DNA of 64,000 bases, from the NCBI RefSeq assembly GCF_964204645.1, contig NC_134027.1, positions 14,416,485-14,480,484 on the forward strand, in the 5' to 3' direction. Under the pieces are notes generated by a model. That model worked only from the letters and a program-made list of their open reading frames with translations. It did no database searches and was not told the origin of the DNA. Origin of the DNA: Tubulanus polymorphus (Eukaryota; Animalia; Nemertea). Within the stretch, counting starts at the first letter, position 1; each line of letters opens with the position of its first letter. Shown piece after piece: positions 25,041-40,436 of the stretch. The position numbers and the translations under genes are program-made.

Positions 25041-26733
25041 GGAACATCTACTATTAAACAACCCCTGGTGAACATAGCGAGACAAGCATTGAAGCATATT
25101 TAAAACAACCCAAAATATTTCGTCTACAGAGAAATGGCTCACTTAAGTGGGTTACATACGCAATACTTGATATACTAGGGTAAATTCCTGAAAGCTTTAC
25201 CGGTATATACTAACCTTCGTATCAGTTGGGCAAAACATGTCCATTAATCCCTTTATTATTACATCACATCGCGCATCACTGTACAAAGTGATTGGTACTT
25301 GCAAGGTCAAGTTACCTGAAATACAGTAAGCAAAGCACATAAACACTTGGTTAACAGGGTAATAGTTACTGGTTATTGTACTTAATTTTCAACTACGCCT
25401 GCTCTTTCCGCCATTCTTGTAGTCTTCATGGCGTCGACATTTAGTCTAAAACTATATATAAAATGAGCATTACTGTTTACTACAAGTAATGAATACTGTG
25501 ATACATATCAGTCATGGAAGACTAATATAATACCTTAGAGAGATAGTTTTGTACAACACCTGAACACAAAATTAATCGCTAATGACTGGTATATATGATT
25601 ATTTTAAGTACACTACCTTTCCTCAAATATTCCTCAAATAGCGCTCATTCTGCATAACCAAATAAGTTAATTGCTTATCTTCTAGCTGCGAAACATCTCT
25701 GTAAGTAAAATTGATTCATACTTTAGCATTGACTGCTCTTAGACCATTCGGATTAAATACAATAAAGCTTGAGGCAGCTTGATACCAGTGTCTAATATCA
25801 AAATAATTTTGCTTTACCACTAATGTCAACCCCCGGTATACTACGCCCACATCAGTGCAGAACGATTTTGGCGGTATAGAGAGTACGACGGCATAGAGAG
25901 TATGGCGGTATATCGGAGGTGTTTTGAGATGCACATGGTGAAAACCTGGCGGTAGGCGGGGAGGGCGGGATATCGGGATGGACTGTACATTCATCATGAC
26001 TACTCACTTCACTGTCTTAATAAGAGTCATCATTCCTTCTACGCCGTGCTTGTGAGCGTTGCTGTCACCCTGATCAGAGCTGAAATATTCAGGAATGAGA
26101 TATTGGTATGAATTAACGTGTGGAAATTGCAAACCATTACAGTTATAGTTTATAGTATGGCTTATCTGTTACTAGCTTTAATCTTATCAGATATTTGTTG
26201 CGCACATTGATCAATATGATGAGTGTCTGCATTCAACTGGAATGGTAAAGAAAAACGATACAATTAATGTGATCACACAGGGGTTTTATGGATATTACAT
26301 GATTATTTCACTACATACATAGCGTAAAAGCATAGTGTAGCAGAATTAGAAAAATACACTAAGACTAGGAGGGGTGCAGACCCACTTTGCCCTATTTGGA
26401 GCTGGTGTGAAGTGCTTAACTATCAACTGTCTACCGCAGCATCTGTAAAACTTCCTTAAATAACTGGATTCTGTCTATGGACCGACAAACTGAACCTTCA
26501 TAGCCCGCTGGGACTAGTTGGCTAAAAAGCAATGACACAATACCTAGACCGTAAACTGATCACGGGATAATCAAAGAATATGATATATGATTTGTTAAGA
26601 TATCAATAGTGTACTGGTCCATGTGTCTTCCAGACACACAGACACATACGCTAAAGCACCTGCAGAGATTAAAGTAAATACATGTGTTTCACATTGATAG
26701 CGTGTTATAAAAGGCAGAATATGTGCACATACA

Positions 26734-26939
<206 letters not shown>

Positions 26940-27460
26940 CTTTGACAAATAATACCAATTGTTATTATCGAATTAATTTAAACCACTCACATTAAATTAA
27001 AAGGTGTGAAAATCAAAACAGAAACCATGTGCATGAGTCACTTGTATACACATGATTTGGTGTGAGCCAAAAAATACTTACGAATTAGCAACTATCTAAA
27101 CCGAAAAATTATGGTAAAGTTTAGCCTCCTATTATGTATATTCATTAACACAACAATTCAAGTCCTTAAATAGATCTGGTATTCTAAATGAAGATTTCAA
27201 ATGAAAAGATCAAATAGGATTGATTTGACAGAATTCACAAAAAAATGCTCTATCTCACCAACAACACGATCCACAATGTGCCTGGTTTCAGTAGAAATGG
27301 TTTCATCACCCCTAAAATGGAAAACCATTCTCAATTAAATACACTTTCATAGTTGTATATACCATTAAATCCATCATATAAGCCATCATAAAATCTAACT
27401 ATATTACCGGTATATTGATAACGTGTTATAAAAGACAGAATAAATATATATATAAACACC

Positions 27461-27950
<490 letters not shown>

Positions 27951-29631
27951 GCACTTTGGCCCAGTCTTACTATAGAGTCTTTTTCATTGCTGTTGCCTGA
28001 TAATGATAAACTGATTTAGAACTCATTGCACGTACTAGGGGAAGCAGATTTTTGGAAGTTTGTAAAATATAGGGAGGGGTTGAAAATTGGTAAATTCTTT
28101 AATAATTGTACATAAAATGTAACTAGAGCTACACTAGCAGTACCCCTGAAATATTGAAATATGAAGGCTCTACAAATATAGCTGTGGCGGCTATCTTGGA
28201 TAATCTACACGAATAAAAACAATGTAGCACATCTGGCCCAAGTCGGATATAGCATAGCATAGTGCCTTGGCGTAGAGTTAATAAGTTGTGCGGTTAATGT
28301 ATCAGCGCATTAATACATTGGCGCATGAATACATTGATAATTGGGTATTAATGCGAAACAAAGGAACAGTTCATGTACAGGTTGACCGACGACTAGTGAC
28401 AGTTGACTACTGTTGGTTGTTTGTTGGTTGGCCCATTGAAGAGATGACGGATGACACGATGCAATGTTGTCGCCAATTTATGTGCATAGACCTATATCAT
28501 CCGCTGGTTGACGGTCGACGGACAACACGTTGCAATGTTGTCGCCAATGTAAGTACAGGCATCGTGGGTTGACTGGTTGACGGGTGACCACAAAACACAA
28601 ACAAACAAGAGAAGTAAATCTAAACCGAAACAGTAAACTATAAGCATCAGCTGCGAAAGTTTCATTTTTGATTTTGAAAAAAAAGAGCCGGCACGTATCG
28701 ATGTCGTTCTGTAGCAATGTGAACAATGCCATATTTCACCGTCCCCACGTTTGTTTTTGGGAGGCGCATCTCACGATGACAGGGATGAACATAAATAATG
28801 AATCTCCTGTGAATTTGAATGCTTAACCGTGTTGAAACTAATATCAGAGAACTGGAATTGACTAAAGAAAAATAGAAATGCAATTTGTATTTTAAGTATG
28901 CGGTTTATCATGTGTTTGGTCACGTGGTGTGTTTGGTGTATGAGTTTAATAGATCGTTAATAGTTAATTTGTTGGTTGGTAGATACGTCGACACGTTGAC
29001 ACATGGAATGTTAATGGCTGGCGATGTGAATGTGTCGACATTACAACTTTCTTTGGGATACACATAAACCGAACAACGCAGTAAGCATACCCGAAGGAAC
29101 TATACTATGCAATACCCTACTTGAGCCGCACATCTTCCATCCATTATTCACCTACCATGTAATCAGAAAATTGGTTCAAATCAGAAGTAGACTTTAGAGC
29201 AGGAGCATTCTCTTCCTGACAGATGGCAATACCCTTAAGCCAGCAATGTTTATTGAATACACAATGTGTATAAATGGAAGATAAAAGCATTTCAAGCTTT
29301 ATTTCCACACTGGATGAAAGAATGCAGATTTAACAAGTACTTACATTCACCAAAACACGGTGTCCAGGTTCATACTGGGAACAAGGGTATCTATTCTTAG
29401 TCCCTTGACCATTGCAGCATTATATACAGTTGAAAGTGCTTCAGCTGCTTTTCGCTTTGAAGCGGATTCATTCTCCCAGGCAGTGAGCTTGAAATTTCAA
29501 AGTACAAAAGTTTGATGTGTTATATTACACATCATCAATATGTATTATTACTAGTCATATCTCGACCCGAAAGGGTGTAAGCAGTACAATAAAGAGTTTA
29601 TTGAATTGAATTGAATTGAATATCTGAAGTA

Positions 29632-30105
29632 CAGTAAAACCTCTGTGTAGTGAACGCCAGCAGGACCAAGCAAAGTGTTCACTATGGGGAGGGTTAGGTA
29701 ATGATGTGACATGGGACGACACCAGGTATGTTCCTATGAATCCACAACTACGTACACAGCCAAACACTGAATTGATCTAAATCATGACTGCAATACACTT
29801 TCATTCAAGTAGGATAACTTATCGCATCAATTATCCAAGTAGTTTAGAGAGATAGTTTGGTACAGCACCTGCGCAGAATGTGTGATCGAAGTGACTAAGT
29901 AGCCAGGTTGGCGCATACCATAACGGACCCTCTCTACTAGAAAAAGTGCTCACTGTCCACTATAGGGAGGTCATGATCTTGATGTAATTATGCCTCTATG
30001 ACTGTGTTAACTGATGCATGTATTTTAGGTTTTGGGACCGCACATAGGGTGTTCATTGTAGGAGGTGTTCACCATAGGGAGGTATTCATGCAAGGGGTTT
30101 TACTG
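29632..30105. mobile_element. Tc1/pogo-type MITE
   Basis: TA|CAGTAAAACC..GGTTTTACTG|TA, with internal CACTATAGGGAGG subrepeats. Confidence 0.7.
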
Positions 30106-30109
30106 TATT

Positions 30110-31660
30110 CACATTTGAAGAAGCCACATCTGAAGTATTTTCTTCATCTACGGAGTCTGCTTTCGTCATCTGACCATTTTGAAGGCTTTCACCTTGATTG
30201 TGCTTCCTGGCAAAAAATACTTCGAAAGGAGTCATCTTATCGGCTGAAAAAGATAATTAGTATTTTATTTTCATAGCAGATGAATTGATAGGAAAAGCCT
30301 ATGGTTAAACCAGACATACGTAACGAATACCCTTCGGCCAGTGAGTGAGTCATGTTCAGATCACAAAATTGTAATAGGGTACATATTCCTGACAAGTTTC
30401 ATACACATACAAAAATCACTAAAAAGTGTAGATTGTAGAGCAAGAACGAGGTCCATAATGCCTATTTCACATCACCCTGCCCAGATGGAGACAGGTGATG
30501 ACAATACCACATGAAGCTTATTGCCAAGGGGTATATCTATCTTTGGACCCCTAAAATTTGAAAAGGTACAATACACCCGGTTCCAGCGAGGTAGAAGGTG
30601 TAGTATCTTCTATAATGCAAATTTGCAGTTTAGAAATAACAGAGGAGTAGGGCTATTATTATCATAGCTAGGATAACAATAAGGTTTCTAACAAAGGTAG
30701 GCAGAATACCCTAATTACATACACAATGCTTTATGTGATCGTTGATTCATAATTCTCTGGAGCTCAGGAATATGCGCAACCCAATTTGTCTCATCATCTC
30801 TCCCGAGTAGGTACCGAAGCATCTTCTTCCAGCTCCTATGTGATCTTTCGGACTGTAAAGAACGGTAAAAACATTGTTAAATTTGTAATACAAAAACTAC
30901 TTCCCAATTTTTTCAATCAAAATATAATCATTACTTTTCCTTGTGATTGGGGATGCCTAGGCGAACCAAATATATGCTTTATTTTTGCAGTCTTCAAAAA
31001 TGAATCAAACTCTCCTTTGAATTCCGTTCCATTATCGGTCTGTACGTATTGCGGGTTGCCGAACTCACAGAATATATTTTTTGTCACTTCGGCCACCGTT
31101 TTCGATGTTTTGTTCTGAATTGGGCGTAACCAAAGGAACCTACTAAATACGTCAATCACACTACACACATATCTGTACGTAGATCCTTCGTTCTCAACTT
31201 CTTCCATTAGTACTAAATCTATTTGTACCCGGCTCATCGGAGCAGATGCTGTTATATTCTTAATAAGTGGCTTGTTCGTAAATAATGGATTCCGTATCGT
31301 TTATCTTCGAATTAAGATGATCTTGGATAGTTTGCTTTGATATACCATGGAAACTGCTGCTGATTGCTCCTACTAATTTGGACGAACCTGATCCAGCCAT
31401 GTTCGTGTGGTACTGATCAATAATTGAGGCAATGGCTGAAGATTTTGGAACAATTTTTCTCGTTTTTTCGAATACAATTTCATTTTTGTTGTTTACGTTT
31501 TGACATATGTAAGCTTTTGAAGACAACTTATTCGCTGCATTTTGCGCACAGCATCATATTTTTTGTCACCGGAAGTAACTGGATATGATGAGAGCATCTT
31601 CTTTCCACTTAGGACAGAAAGCATGATCTCATACACATCGTCGCTGAGAGCTGATGGTCC
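30110..31660 (-). pseudogene. Intron-containing DDE integrase/transposase (Ginger-like)
   Basis: RVQIDL, IDVFSRFLWL, QTDNGTEF, PRHPQSQGK|SERSH; GT-AG introns 30853-30934 and 30244-30722 restore ..HKAL|SDKMTPFEVFFARK. Confidence 0.8.
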
Positions 31661-32758
31661 CCGAGATGTATTTATTTAAAATAACAAAATGCATAGCTAA
31701 CATTGATAAACTATAATGGTAGTGTACGAAGTTGTACGAAGTACGAACTATTCATACAGGGAAAACTACCAAAACATAAAATTTCCACAAGAAAATTCTG
31801 TTTATTTGACCACCGATCACACAACTATATGTGAATCTTTGATTTCAAAATCAAAGCCCCTGCTTTGTCTCCAGAAGGTCTGATGAGTTTGTTATACCAA
31901 ATGAAAAAAATATACCAATCAAATAAGTAACAGGGCCAATCCCTACCCAAAATTTCATACACAATAAGTGTGCCACCCAGTTTACTGAACCTTTTATCTT
32001 TTGTTCATTGAATCAATCCAATGAGTCCGAAGTTTGTTTCCTATATTGTATTGTATTTCCTTAAGTAAGATATTATCAACTAGATGAATATTATAATATG
32101 AAATTGTAAATATGCGGCTTGAAACTATGTGAATATGTAGCATATTCTGTTTATACCGACATTCAAGTTGTTAAATCGAATGTTTGATGCTCTACAGTGT
32201 GAATCGTCCTATGATGTATCGCAACATAAGATAAGTAATATAAATCAATCGTGAATTCTTCTTCAAAATATAGTTTGTTCTGTTTTGAGTTGGATAATTC
32301 TGGTAACGTCCTCTCACCCAAAGTGATATACAGTAGAGGTGGCGGTCTTGCCCCAAGTGATATACAGTAGAGTCGGCCTATAACGGTACTAGTCTATTCG
32401 GTAATCCACCCAAACTGGTAGAATAGCAAATGTAGCGTATCTCTCCTGGGTAGCGTGTCTTTATATGTTTACGTATATAATACACATGTAGATGCAATAG
32501 GCGTTTGCTACTAGGGTTCGCCCTGAGAAAATATAATCGGGTTATACGAAAATATTGGGGGAAGTAATTCTTCCTCAGGGAAAAGATATCAGTTCTTGTC
32601 AAAATTATAATCAAATAAAAATATTCAGTCTTCTCATTCCATGATCAGGGCTCAGCGTCCTCGTAGGCGACTACCTGGCCAGGATTTCGCACGGGATCGA
32701 ACCTAGTTCTCCCAACATCTACCGTTCTCTCCGTATGACACTTTGTCATGACTACCCC

Positions 32759-32806
32759 CGGATAAAGGCCGTCAGTCGATAAAAAGATTGAGGGTTCGAA
32801 TCCTCG
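32759..32806 (+). other. Degenerate tRNA-like (SINE-head-like) fragment
   Basis: GGATAAAGGCCGTC..AAGATTGAGGGTTCGAATCC with B-box; no full cloverleaf. Confidence 0.3.
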
Positions 32807-33639
32807 ATTGATGGTCTTCATGTAACTACTGCCGATAAGTCCCTGATCGAACTGGTCCTCTCGTTAAGACGAATAATAATAATTGGCACTGAGACAGAAA
32901 ATAGCGGTGGAACTCCTCTCCTCGTACAGAAAAGACGAAAATGTAAGACTTGTATAAAATTAATCATGTCAAGAGTTGAACTCCTGAATTTAATCATTTC
33001 TCCAGTTCATAAAGTTTACACCTCGGGCGCGTCTCGGTACGGTCTCGCGTCAGGAACGTCATATTATACGAAGTCACGAAATTACGTTAAAGTCACCTTA
33101 TTCGGGCGTACGGTGAGAGATGATTTGAAAATTATAGCGACGATCTCAAATCATTATTCAATCGCGCTCAAATGTAGAAACATATATATCTTGTATACAA
33201 TCGGAGCGAAATCGCTCGACCGAGAGTGGATCAATACAGTCGTAGTTGAAAATTATGTGACGATCAATACGCCCGGCAAATAATTTTACGTATGTACAAG
33301 AGTCGGCCCGACTAAACTAAACAAAATTGATCATGACTGTCCATCGTAGTGACGCTCTCGGTCGGTTTGTTTCGCTGGGATAAGAGACCGGAAAAATCAA
33401 ACCCGGTCGAAATCAAACTGGGCCGGAATCAAACTTGGCCAAAATCAAACTCGGTCAACATCAAACTTGGCCGGACGCTCTAAAAGTGAATATATCTCAT
33501 CCTTCGGGTTGGACAAGATGACCCTATCCAACCCAAAGGCGGGATAGAGAGGGCGCGTCTCTTATCGCTTACGGGGGTACATCTTAATAGTTAAATTCTA
33601 TTAAGAATTTAATTGCTGTAAGTTGTTCGCTTATACTAT

Positions 33640-33722
33640 AAGTACGTGCGTGTGATTCGAAAATCAGAATGACCGTGCTCGAACGACCCGCCTTTTATAG
33701 AAATCGGGGGCGCTCATTGGCC
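33640..33722 (-). promoter_or_regulatory. Pol II promoter-like CCAAT-TATA-Inr arrangement
   Basis: Minus strand CCAATGAG..CTATAAAAGG..GTCATTCT with canonical spacing, within a CpG-rich segment. Confidence 0.4.
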
Positions 33723-36700
33723 AGTAGTGATATCACTACGCACGAAATAGACCAAGAGCGCGCGCCTAATAGAACGCGAATGGAATAGTTAAACAGGAAG
33801 ATTGATACTCCTGGAGATAAAATGTTATCGATATACGCGATAAAAATGCCAAAAGAATAAGTTTGAAAGGTTCAAAGCGGAATTTGAAAATCAAACCCGA
33901 GTTTGATATTCGCGCGCAATAATAGTGAGCCGCCTAGCGGTGCGACAAGGCTCAACTCGCGAGCGAGGAACCGATGAAAACAAATCAAACTACGGAAATA
34001 TGATGAAAGTGGGATTATGACATCACAAAACGGCAGTTCAAAATTGAAAAGCGAATACAAAGTAATAGACTACCGGAAAGTAACCAGAACGTTATAGCGC
34101 GAATTTATGATAAAAGCCGAATAAAAAGATGTGATCGTGCTATTTCCCGACAGAAACCGACCAAAACCCCCAACCCGAACGCGATAGGCCCTACACCGTA
34201 ACGAGATGCCCGAGAAATTGACAGTAGTACACAGATACAAATTTACACAATATAAAACATATTTATATATATGAAATCGCTCCACCTGGAGATATCGGAG
34301 GAAAGGATGAGATGTAACGAAAACGAACCGGAGATGTTAAACACGGTCCATTTTCGCCACACAAACTAGGGGTCCAAAGAATACCCATCACAAATTGCAA
34401 TGAGAAATGGCAAACCAGTAAGAAGCTACAGGACTCAGAATTTGGGCCAAAATTGACATTTTTGGGCACTAAAAAGGTCATAGGACTGCCAACTTGAGTC
34501 CGATCGACCCAATTTTTCTTATGGTGATGGGCCAAACTTTAAACAATGATTAATTGAAAATCTTTTTCTACAAAACTTCTAAAACTCATAGGTTCAAAAC
34601 TTGTTAAACCTCTAAATTTTCCCATACAAATTTCGATATGAAAAGTGTATTAATTCCCCAAATCATCTATTTGAATCTTAACTAAGATCAGCAATTTATC
34701 ATTCCTCCGTTGACATAGGTTGAGTTAACTACCGGTAAATTAGATTTACAGCAAATTATCACAAATATACATAATCACTGTCTGATTCAGACGTTTATAT
34801 ATAGAAATTAAGCTCAGTACCACATACGTCAAAAGTTGGTTCAAAACCCAATGAGGTACAATTCAAGAATAAAAAATAAATTATTTCTACTTACAGTTTG
34901 AGGCATTTCTGATGTATTAACCTGCAATATATGAATTCAAAGACATTTAAAAAAAGGCTGAGCAATACATAAAAAAACTGTAGTCATGTCAACCTGTGCT
35001 CCAAGTTTTGCACAATAATTGCGAATCAAAACCTCTATAATAAATGATATATCTTATAGGCCTAGAAATAATGATAAGAAAATTTCTAACACTTCACAAA
35101 TCAAATGTGGGCTAAAGATAGGCCTATACTATAGGCCTACATGATAATACAAATTTGACAGCCTTGTAGGCAAGGTCTTTTGATTAAACTGATGTGATTG
35201 ATTAAACTGATAGGAATCTTCTGTACGTGCTAAAGTCAAGATAACGTACGGATGGAACTTGTCAATATTAAACTAGGGGTCCAGGGACACCATGGGATGT
35301 GGTTTAAAATGCTCAACAATCAGAATACTCCAATATTCAATGTCCCCTGGTGACCATATACTAAAAACCAATCAAATGTGATGAGGGTTTGGTTAATTGT
35401 TGAGGGGTAAACCCTGCAGGTGCTTGTTAAATTAAGGACTAATCGGACCACAGGTAAAGCCACCAGGAGTTACAATTTTGCAATTGATTGCGGTTATTGA
35501 TACATATATCCGTGTATCAATATGAATAAGCAAATTGTACTTACAGAGTAATTTTTTTTTTTCGTAAAAACAAACATACGGCTCGCCTCCTTGAAAGATT
35601 GGAGCTCTCATACTGGAAACCTGACTAAATATATATCATTATATATCAATATTATATACCATTATATATCAATAGATTTAATTGATGACAGGTTTTGGAA
35701 TACATTTGTACTAACATGAACTGTATTAGAATTCAACGACCAAAATCATACTTTGATCATAAATTAGCTTTCATTTCATTATTGATTTGCTAAACTTACA
35801 TTATCATCATCGGCAAGAGCCCAACCATTAAGAACTTTCAGATACGCAACATAGTGCCCACTGGTTACTTCGACATCTCGATGACAGCATATAACTTATA
35901 AACATACTGAAATCACACATACAAAAAACATGATGACTGATCCTTGACACAAGATTTACTTTGATCAAAGCACTTCAAATGATCATGATAATAAAATACG
36001 CTATTGAGTAATACTGATTATAATGATTAATAGTGTCAGGAGTTAAAACGTAAGGGTTTAAATTGAACTCAATATCGCAGAATTAAAATCAAAATACTAA
36101 CACTGTTCCTTAATAGGCAGTCCTGCTTGGAACAGGATATTAGAACCACAAAGTTTTCTTCAGATTAACATCTTATGGGATGGATCATTCCATGAAAATA
36201 TACCTCACTAGGAAAAAATTTCCCCTAGAGCATGCCACAATGTCATGCAAGCCATTAACATTGTTTTAAACAACTTCCAAGTGAAATAGTAGAAGATTAC
36301 CTGATCATTTCCAACAAGAATATCTAAATTCTTTCCAATGTTTACGTGGTGCATGAGTTTCCCTGCATTGCCGAAACAACGATATCTATATGAAATCCAT
36401 TAGAAGTATTTCAATTAGAAAGTTCATGATATATATTATCATTATATTTCCATTATAGATATTATCAAATCTACGATGTGAAACAGCTAAAAAATACAAA
36501 TAACATGGCTAACCTTTTCAAATCAATGACAATGAAATCAGGTGCATTCACAAGTTCTTGAAAGCGAAAAGCTTGTTCACACGGACACCTGTTGATGGAT
36601 TAAGTGGGGACATCTATTATATCTGATGATATTTACCGGTAGGCTATACATATACGGTGCACACAACCAAACTTATAGTTGTTAATACTATAAGAATAAC

Positions 36701-36989
36701 AAGGTTACATCATTTGTATTAGAAGTGGACTGAAAGAGAGTATACTGGTACTTAATCATTTGATATCTTACTCTGAACACCGAACCGTCACCTCCTCTAG
36801 ACTGAAGAAATTAGTTACGCATTCCTGAATGGTCTGGAATGATTTCCGTTCTTCTGACTACAAAATGAATTCAAAGATGAATCTAATTATAGGTTGTCAT
36901 TGACATAGCACAAGTAATTTGTAAAGCACTATACTGAAAAACTTGCTAACTGTGCTATCTCTTGGTCGAGGAAGGCCCTTTTAAACAGA

Positions 36990-37200
36990 AAATTCTTAAA
37001 TAAGTTTTTATATGTCTCAATGTAACAATTGTTCTCATATCCACAGGAAGTGTATTCCATAAACGAGGTCCATAAGATTTAAAGACATGATCACCAGACC
37101 TAATGAGTGTTCTAGGTACCATAAGCGTATTTGCATTAACAGATCTTGTAGCCCTACCACTATTATAAGTCAAATTGCAGATGAGCTTCCGTATAATTAT
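36990..37200 (-). mobile_element. L2/CR1-type LINE ORF2 3' fragment
   Basis: GDHVFKSYGPRLWNTLPVDMR motif. Confidence 0.65.
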
Positions 37201-38175
37201 TGTTATTTTACTAAAAAAACTTGCAGTGAACCAAACCCGCGATATACCACCTCCTGCCACACCCACTAAAGCCCAATTTTTCACATAATCAGAATATCCG
37301 TATATCTTGGAACTGGTCAAAATTAATTCCAAGTCACCGATATGAGCTGTTTGAATCTATCAGGGGTCGACACGGTTCATCTTCCATGGTTGTATACAAT
37401 CAAACAACGGTGTAGCAATTTCTAATACTAGCATATAATATATTCTTAATATTCACCTCGATGCCACAAGACATATTCAAGACATATTCAAATGTTCCGA
37501 CTGACGTATGCTCTCTTTTCCACATTCCAGGCAAGTGTCTGCAAATGGATAGCTACATCATTACAAAATTGATTAGGAAAATATCAGCAATTTTTTGTAA
37601 AAAGTCACATCGACCTACCTGTTGTTTTCAGCACAAATTCAAAACAAAGCGGCATTCTGCAAATAAATACACAAGTGAAGCTAGAGAGAACAAAAGTGAA
37701 AACTGAAAATATAGTACGCTAGGTGACAGCAAATACAGAATAGATTGATCACAAAATATACCAGTATGAAAAAGTAAAATATGGAAATCATACCCATACC
37801 TCTTAGGGTAAAAAGTTGACTAGGGGTCCATAGGGATACCATGCCCACTTGGAAGGTGGTTTGAAATAATAATAATAATGGGCCAAGAGGTTTACCACAG
37901 CCTTATGAAATGCTTATATCAGATAACGAAACAGGGATGCAATTAAAGGTACGAGTAGATTCGGTCTTGATTAGAAAAATGAACTGAACCACGATACAGT
38001 GCCAGCACCAGTCGGCCATCTTGATTCTGACCAGGCCGGTCTGAGGTCAAAGGACACCGCGCCATCTGAACTGGTCAACAATCTTACAATAGTAATAGGG
38101 AAAGTGGGCTTTCATACCAGATTACGAGAGTACGAGACACCACTCATCACCACAAGTAATTTTTTTTCCTTATAA

Positions 38176-40436
38176 ATGGGGGAGAATGAACAACATACAG
38201 AAAACAATAATGTCAATAAAAATCAATATTATTGCCCGTATTGTAAAAAATACATCGATAAATCTAAACATGAAAAATCTGCAAATCATATAAAAAATGT
38301 AATAGATTTTGAAACTCCAGAAAATTCCAATGAAAGAAAATAACGATTAGATGATATGAATGTGGAAATAAAATGTGAAGTTTGTAATGAATTTATAGTA
38401 AAAAGGAATTATAAAAGACATCTCGAATCACAAAAACATCATCAAAATTTGAGTAATAATGTTTTAGGAATAGATTATTTTGATGATAAACCTCAACAAG
38501 TAAAAAAACCAGCTTCAAAAACTAAATCTATTTCAAATAAACCTTACATGGAAAATGTTAGAAATTATATTGATTCACTAGAAATAAAAGATACAATTGA
38601 AATATTAGAAACATTACGTAGTAAAATTGGTCCTGCAGCTATTATATTTAGATTTTTTAAAGGTACAACAATAGAAGATTATAGTAAATTTAATGAAATA
38701 ATAGAAAAAATACTAGATTTGATAACAGATGTTGAATATCCAAAAATTAGTATCTCTGGGAAAGTAAGTTTCTTAAAGTCAGAAGAGAAAATGGATTATA
38801 ATATTCAAACACTCTCTGAAGAAATAATTTCAAAAACGCAAATAAAAGAGAAGTTAGAAAAAATATTGAATGAATTTAAACGTCATATTGAAGAAAGATA
38901 TTTTGAGGGTTCTGGTTTAACATTGAATGGAATTATATTTTTAGATTTAAATGTTTATAATACAAAAAGGAATAAAACATCAAAAAGTAAAACAATGTTT
39001 AAAAATGACTCAGACTTTACAACAGAAAAGGATATTAAAGCATCAAGTTATATTAAATTACCATTTACAACAAAAGCAGTAATAAATGTTCAAATGAAGA
39101 TAATAAATGTTTTCTATGGTCAATTATTAGTTGTTTACACCCAACAGAAGATATGACGCATAGTTTTAGAATAACAAATTACCGGAAATATGAAACATTA
39201 TATAAAATTGATCAATATCCAGTAACTATAAAAATGATTCCTAAAATAGAAAAAGTTAATAATTTAAAAATAAATGTATTTGAATTAATGCAATTACCAA
39301 AGACAAAAGGCGAAAATATTAAAGATTATACATTGGAAGCTTTATATTTAACAGAATATTATGATGATGAAAATGCTATAGATTTGTTATATTACAAAAA
39401 AGATGAAAATGAACATTATATGTGGTTAAAACAAATTGATTTATTCTTTAGAACAGAAAGTGATCATCATCATAAAATTCATCTATGTAGAAAATGTTTA
39501 TCTAAATTTATGACTGAGAATACATTATTAAAACATAAAGAAAGAATTATGTGATAATAAAGATTTTTGTAAATTAATAATGCCAACAGAAAAAGATTAT
39601 AAATTGAAATTTACTAATCATAAATTCAAGAATATTGTTCCATTTGTAATTTATGGGGATTTTGAATCGTTGAATAAAGAATTAACTGATCAAGATAGAA
39701 AAGAAATATATAACAAAAAGCAATTATTAAAATCAATGGATAAAGGAAATGAATTAAGTGAAGACACAATACAAGACCCACCAATTATAAATACAATTAA
39801 AAAAGTTCATCAAAGAGCTGCTGCTTATGGAATTTATATAAAATCAAATTATCCCGAATTATATGAAAGTCAATATATTTCTTTTAGAGGTGAAAATGTA
39901 GTTAATGATAATGTTATAAAATAATTGAATTAGAAAGTGATTTTGTAGAATTATTAAACAAAAATAAAAGAATAGTTATGACAAAAGAAGATGAAATTGA
40001 TTTTAATTATGCAACTCATTGTTGTTATTGTGAAAAACGTTTTTATTCAATTGATAAAAAAGTTAGAGATCAAGATCATTTAAATTCAGAATATCGTGGG
40101 GCTGCTCATGAAGATTGTAATTTACAAGCTAAGAAAGTAAATTTCGTTCCAATATTATTTCATAATTTATCAGGCTATGATACCCATCTATTTATAAAAC
40201 AATTATCGGGAAAATTGGGCGTAATTAATCAAGAAATAGAATAATATAATGCTATGAATGGTGTAAATGTAAGAAAATATGATTTTAAACTATTAGCTAA
40301 AACATCTGAAAATTATATTTCATTTCAATTTGGTTGCATTAGATTTTTAGATTCTTATAGATTTCTAGCAAGTTCATTAGATAATTTAGCAAAAAGTTTA
40401 GTTGATAATGATTTTGTTATAACTCGATATTATTAT
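38176..40436 (+). pseudogene. pPolB N-terminal half (Zn fingers, terminal-protein/OTU-like region, exonuclease, endonuclease VII motif), truncated
   Basis: IYGDFES, RDQDHLNSEYRGAAHEDCNL, FHNLSGYD, FLDSYRFL; frameshifts. Confidence 0.9.

Noticed and set aside
24390-26570. Further exon-like minus-strand segments that might continue the integrase gene
   Set aside because: No recognisable domain, and splice phases could not be established.
31875-31920. CTGATGA-GTTTG..CAAAT-GAAA hammerhead-like motif
   Set aside because: Stems I and III cannot be formed convincingly; likely chance.
32660-32810. Functional tRNA gene
   Set aside because: Only B-box-like motifs; no acceptor or anticodon stems.
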